Below, piece after piece: positions 61,981 to 64,000 of a DNA stretch of 64,000 nt (the stretch's first letter is position 1; each line of letters starts with the position of its first letter). The DNA is taken from assembly GCA_028534125.1 (NCBI GenBank), contig CM052816.1:95916001-95980000 (forward strand). Direction: 5' to 3'. The notes beneath the pieces are model-generated. The model ran no database searches. It saw nothing but the letters and a program-made list of their open reading frames with translations, and had not been told where the DNA came from. The stretch comes from Lama glama (taxonomy: Eukaryota). The translations under genes and the position numbers were made by a program.

Positions 61981-64000
61981 GCTCAATGGACAGGATCTGG
62001 GGACCAGTGGATGTGGGGAGGGGAGGGGGCTTCACAATGAAGAGGGAGCTGGCACTCACGGGCTTTCTGCTTGATCCTCAGAAGAAGGGCTGCCCGTCCC
62101 AGGTGAGAACCCAGAGAAGGCGTGTTAGCTGATGCTGTCGGCGGGGTGCAGGGGGATGGACGCAAACCTTTGCCTCTCAGGACGACCCACGTGCAGTGAC
62201 TCACCTCTCTCCAGGTGCCGTGATAGCCTTATAACTGTGTTCTAGGAACGACTCCCCATGCCACCTTTCTAAAATTTTTCTGTGCTGACAGAACAGCTTT
62301 CCACGGTGGACTCTTCCAGGCTGGGAGCTGGGTCCTGCCTGGGTCACCGGGTGGCAGTTGCAGGAGTCTGTTTCCTCCCCCCTCCCTCCCTGCGCCGACT
62401 GAGGATTTATGTCACGGGCTTTATAGATGTTGCATCAAATATGAAAGCTGAGAAATGAGGGAAGACCTCAGGAGGACCTGCTGCACGAAGTAATAAGCAC
62501 CTGTAACCATACTGTGTAGAAGACACGGAAAAGCAGGTTTGACGGGAGAGGCGATTTATTCTGAAGAAGGTGATTGAGGCACGTGTGGGAAACAAGCCGA
62601 TGGTGTTCGGATAAACTGCTAACGAGAAGTCACACTGCGCCAGATGGCATTTGCTTTCTCAGACTGCTCGCAGCCCCTCTCTCCAAGGAACTAGTTAACG
62701 TGTAAATCTGCACCGGATATTCCGGGATGGTTTTAGCTGTAAGTGACTTGAAGGTAATGGGGGCGAAGGCCTGCTACTCTGGGGCGATGGTAAAAACTCA
62801 CTCTCTCCAAAGCATGTGCCCCTTGATTATGGCAATAAAATGTAATTAGATCTAATTGTGATAGAACACGACCATGTCGTTTTTACCATTATTTTACTTC
62901 CAGTAAAAGAACCCCTCTGCTACCTCACTACTTCCATCCCATTTCTAACAAGAACAGACATTTTTCTATGGGGAATTGACACCTATTTCATTTGATTATT
63001 GGTTGTAGAAAACTTATAAAACGACCAGCTTTTAACAAATACTCAGTAATTATTTAATTTTAAAGGTGATTTTGGCACACGCTCATGCTTCTGAGAAGTT
63101 GCAGCAGAGGGCTCCCTGCAAGAAATGTGGTGATCCTGGGATGGCACGTAGGTGGGAGGGAGGACCTCCACGTGATCGTGGGCTCCTGGGCGTTGAGGCT
63201 GGTGGTGTTCCAAGACCTCATCACTGGGATCTTCTGCTCCGGAAGCTCCCAGTTGGCCTTGGTGTCTCAAGAATTTGTTTTGATGGAATTCATCCCCTTC
63301 TCAATGTGCGTACTTGGCATCTCTACCCACAGTTTGTAAGGGGCACAACAAAGCTACACAGAGGTTCCCCACATTTCTCAACTTCTTATCCCTTATTTTG
63401 ATGCTGCTGGACCCTCGGGGCCTTTCCTTTCAACCCTGCTCTGTGGGGATGCTCTTCACTGTACGTTAGATATGGCCTCTGCCTCGAGTGGGATTCTGGG
63501 CAGTCACCTCTCTAAAACCTGGACCATATAAGATTGTCTGCTGATAGCTATTTGCAGCCCAAACCAAAATTTAGAAAAAAGAAAAAGAAAAACACCTTTT
63601 GTATTGACATTGGGTTAAAAAATAATTCATTAAACAGCACCTCTGTTTAACAAACTGAGAACCTTAAATATGCATTAATCAATTTTATAGCAGTTAAATG
63701 GAGACATGGACAAACTAAGACTTCAGGTACTTTTGGCAACTCCCAATCAATGATTTGCAGTTAAAACAATCCATGTGGGCTGCTAAAAGAGTGTCCCCAT
63801 TACAGCTAATGTAAAATTAAACTTTTAAACTAAGTCAGCCCTTGTCTAGCGCTAAATCCATCTCTAAATGACTGTAATAGGAAGCCTGAATTATCTGGTC
63901 CCTCCTATTCTTTCATCTGTCTGCAGCTGTCATGTCAATTCTTTGGGAGAATGTGTTGATTTAATTATACCTGAAAGTTTCACGTGAGGTTGAGAACCCC

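Noticed and set aside
8973..62203. About ten scattered AP-1 heptamers (TGA[C/G]TCA)
   Set aside because: Close to the ~8 expected by chance in 64 kb, and not clustered.
63066..63147. Possible exon (tttaattttaaag|GTG ... CAC|gtaggt) and ORF 63066-63401
   Set aside because: Weak acceptor and donor. Joining to exon 1 gives an immediate stop (TGG TGA) and the peptide is unrecognisable. A non-coding exon is not excluded.
1..64000. CRISPR arrays, operons or other prokaryotic/novel multi-gene systems
   Set aside because: The sequence is mammalian. I saw no regularly spaced repeat-spacer array and no credible coding cluster.

Overview
Mammalian genomic DNA, most likely camelid (alpaca/camel). This is inferred from five copies of a tRNA-derived SINE resembling vic-1 and from L1 3' ends of the type seen in cetartiodactyls. 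Bases 1-22 kb are repeat-dense intergenic sequence (MaLR and ERV1-like LTRs, L1, L2, MIR, hAT MITEs) with a 500-N assembly gap. A CpG island at about 22.4-24.4 kb holds a GC-box promoter and a probable + strand first exon ending at a donor at 23348/23349. The remaining ~40 kb looks like one long first intron with further repeats and some candidate enhancer-like stretches. I could not identify any protein-coding exon or name the host gene. The ORF track is essentially noise apart from a decayed L1 ORF2 C-terminus. I found no convincing novel biological system. The best leads are a possible divergent TATA-driven spliced antisense unit, several alternative first-exon donors, an intronic CpG/CRE/TATA patch, and SINE copies with extra 3' sequence inside their target-site duplications. 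Repeat subfamily names come from recalled consensus sequences, and repeat boundaries are approximate.
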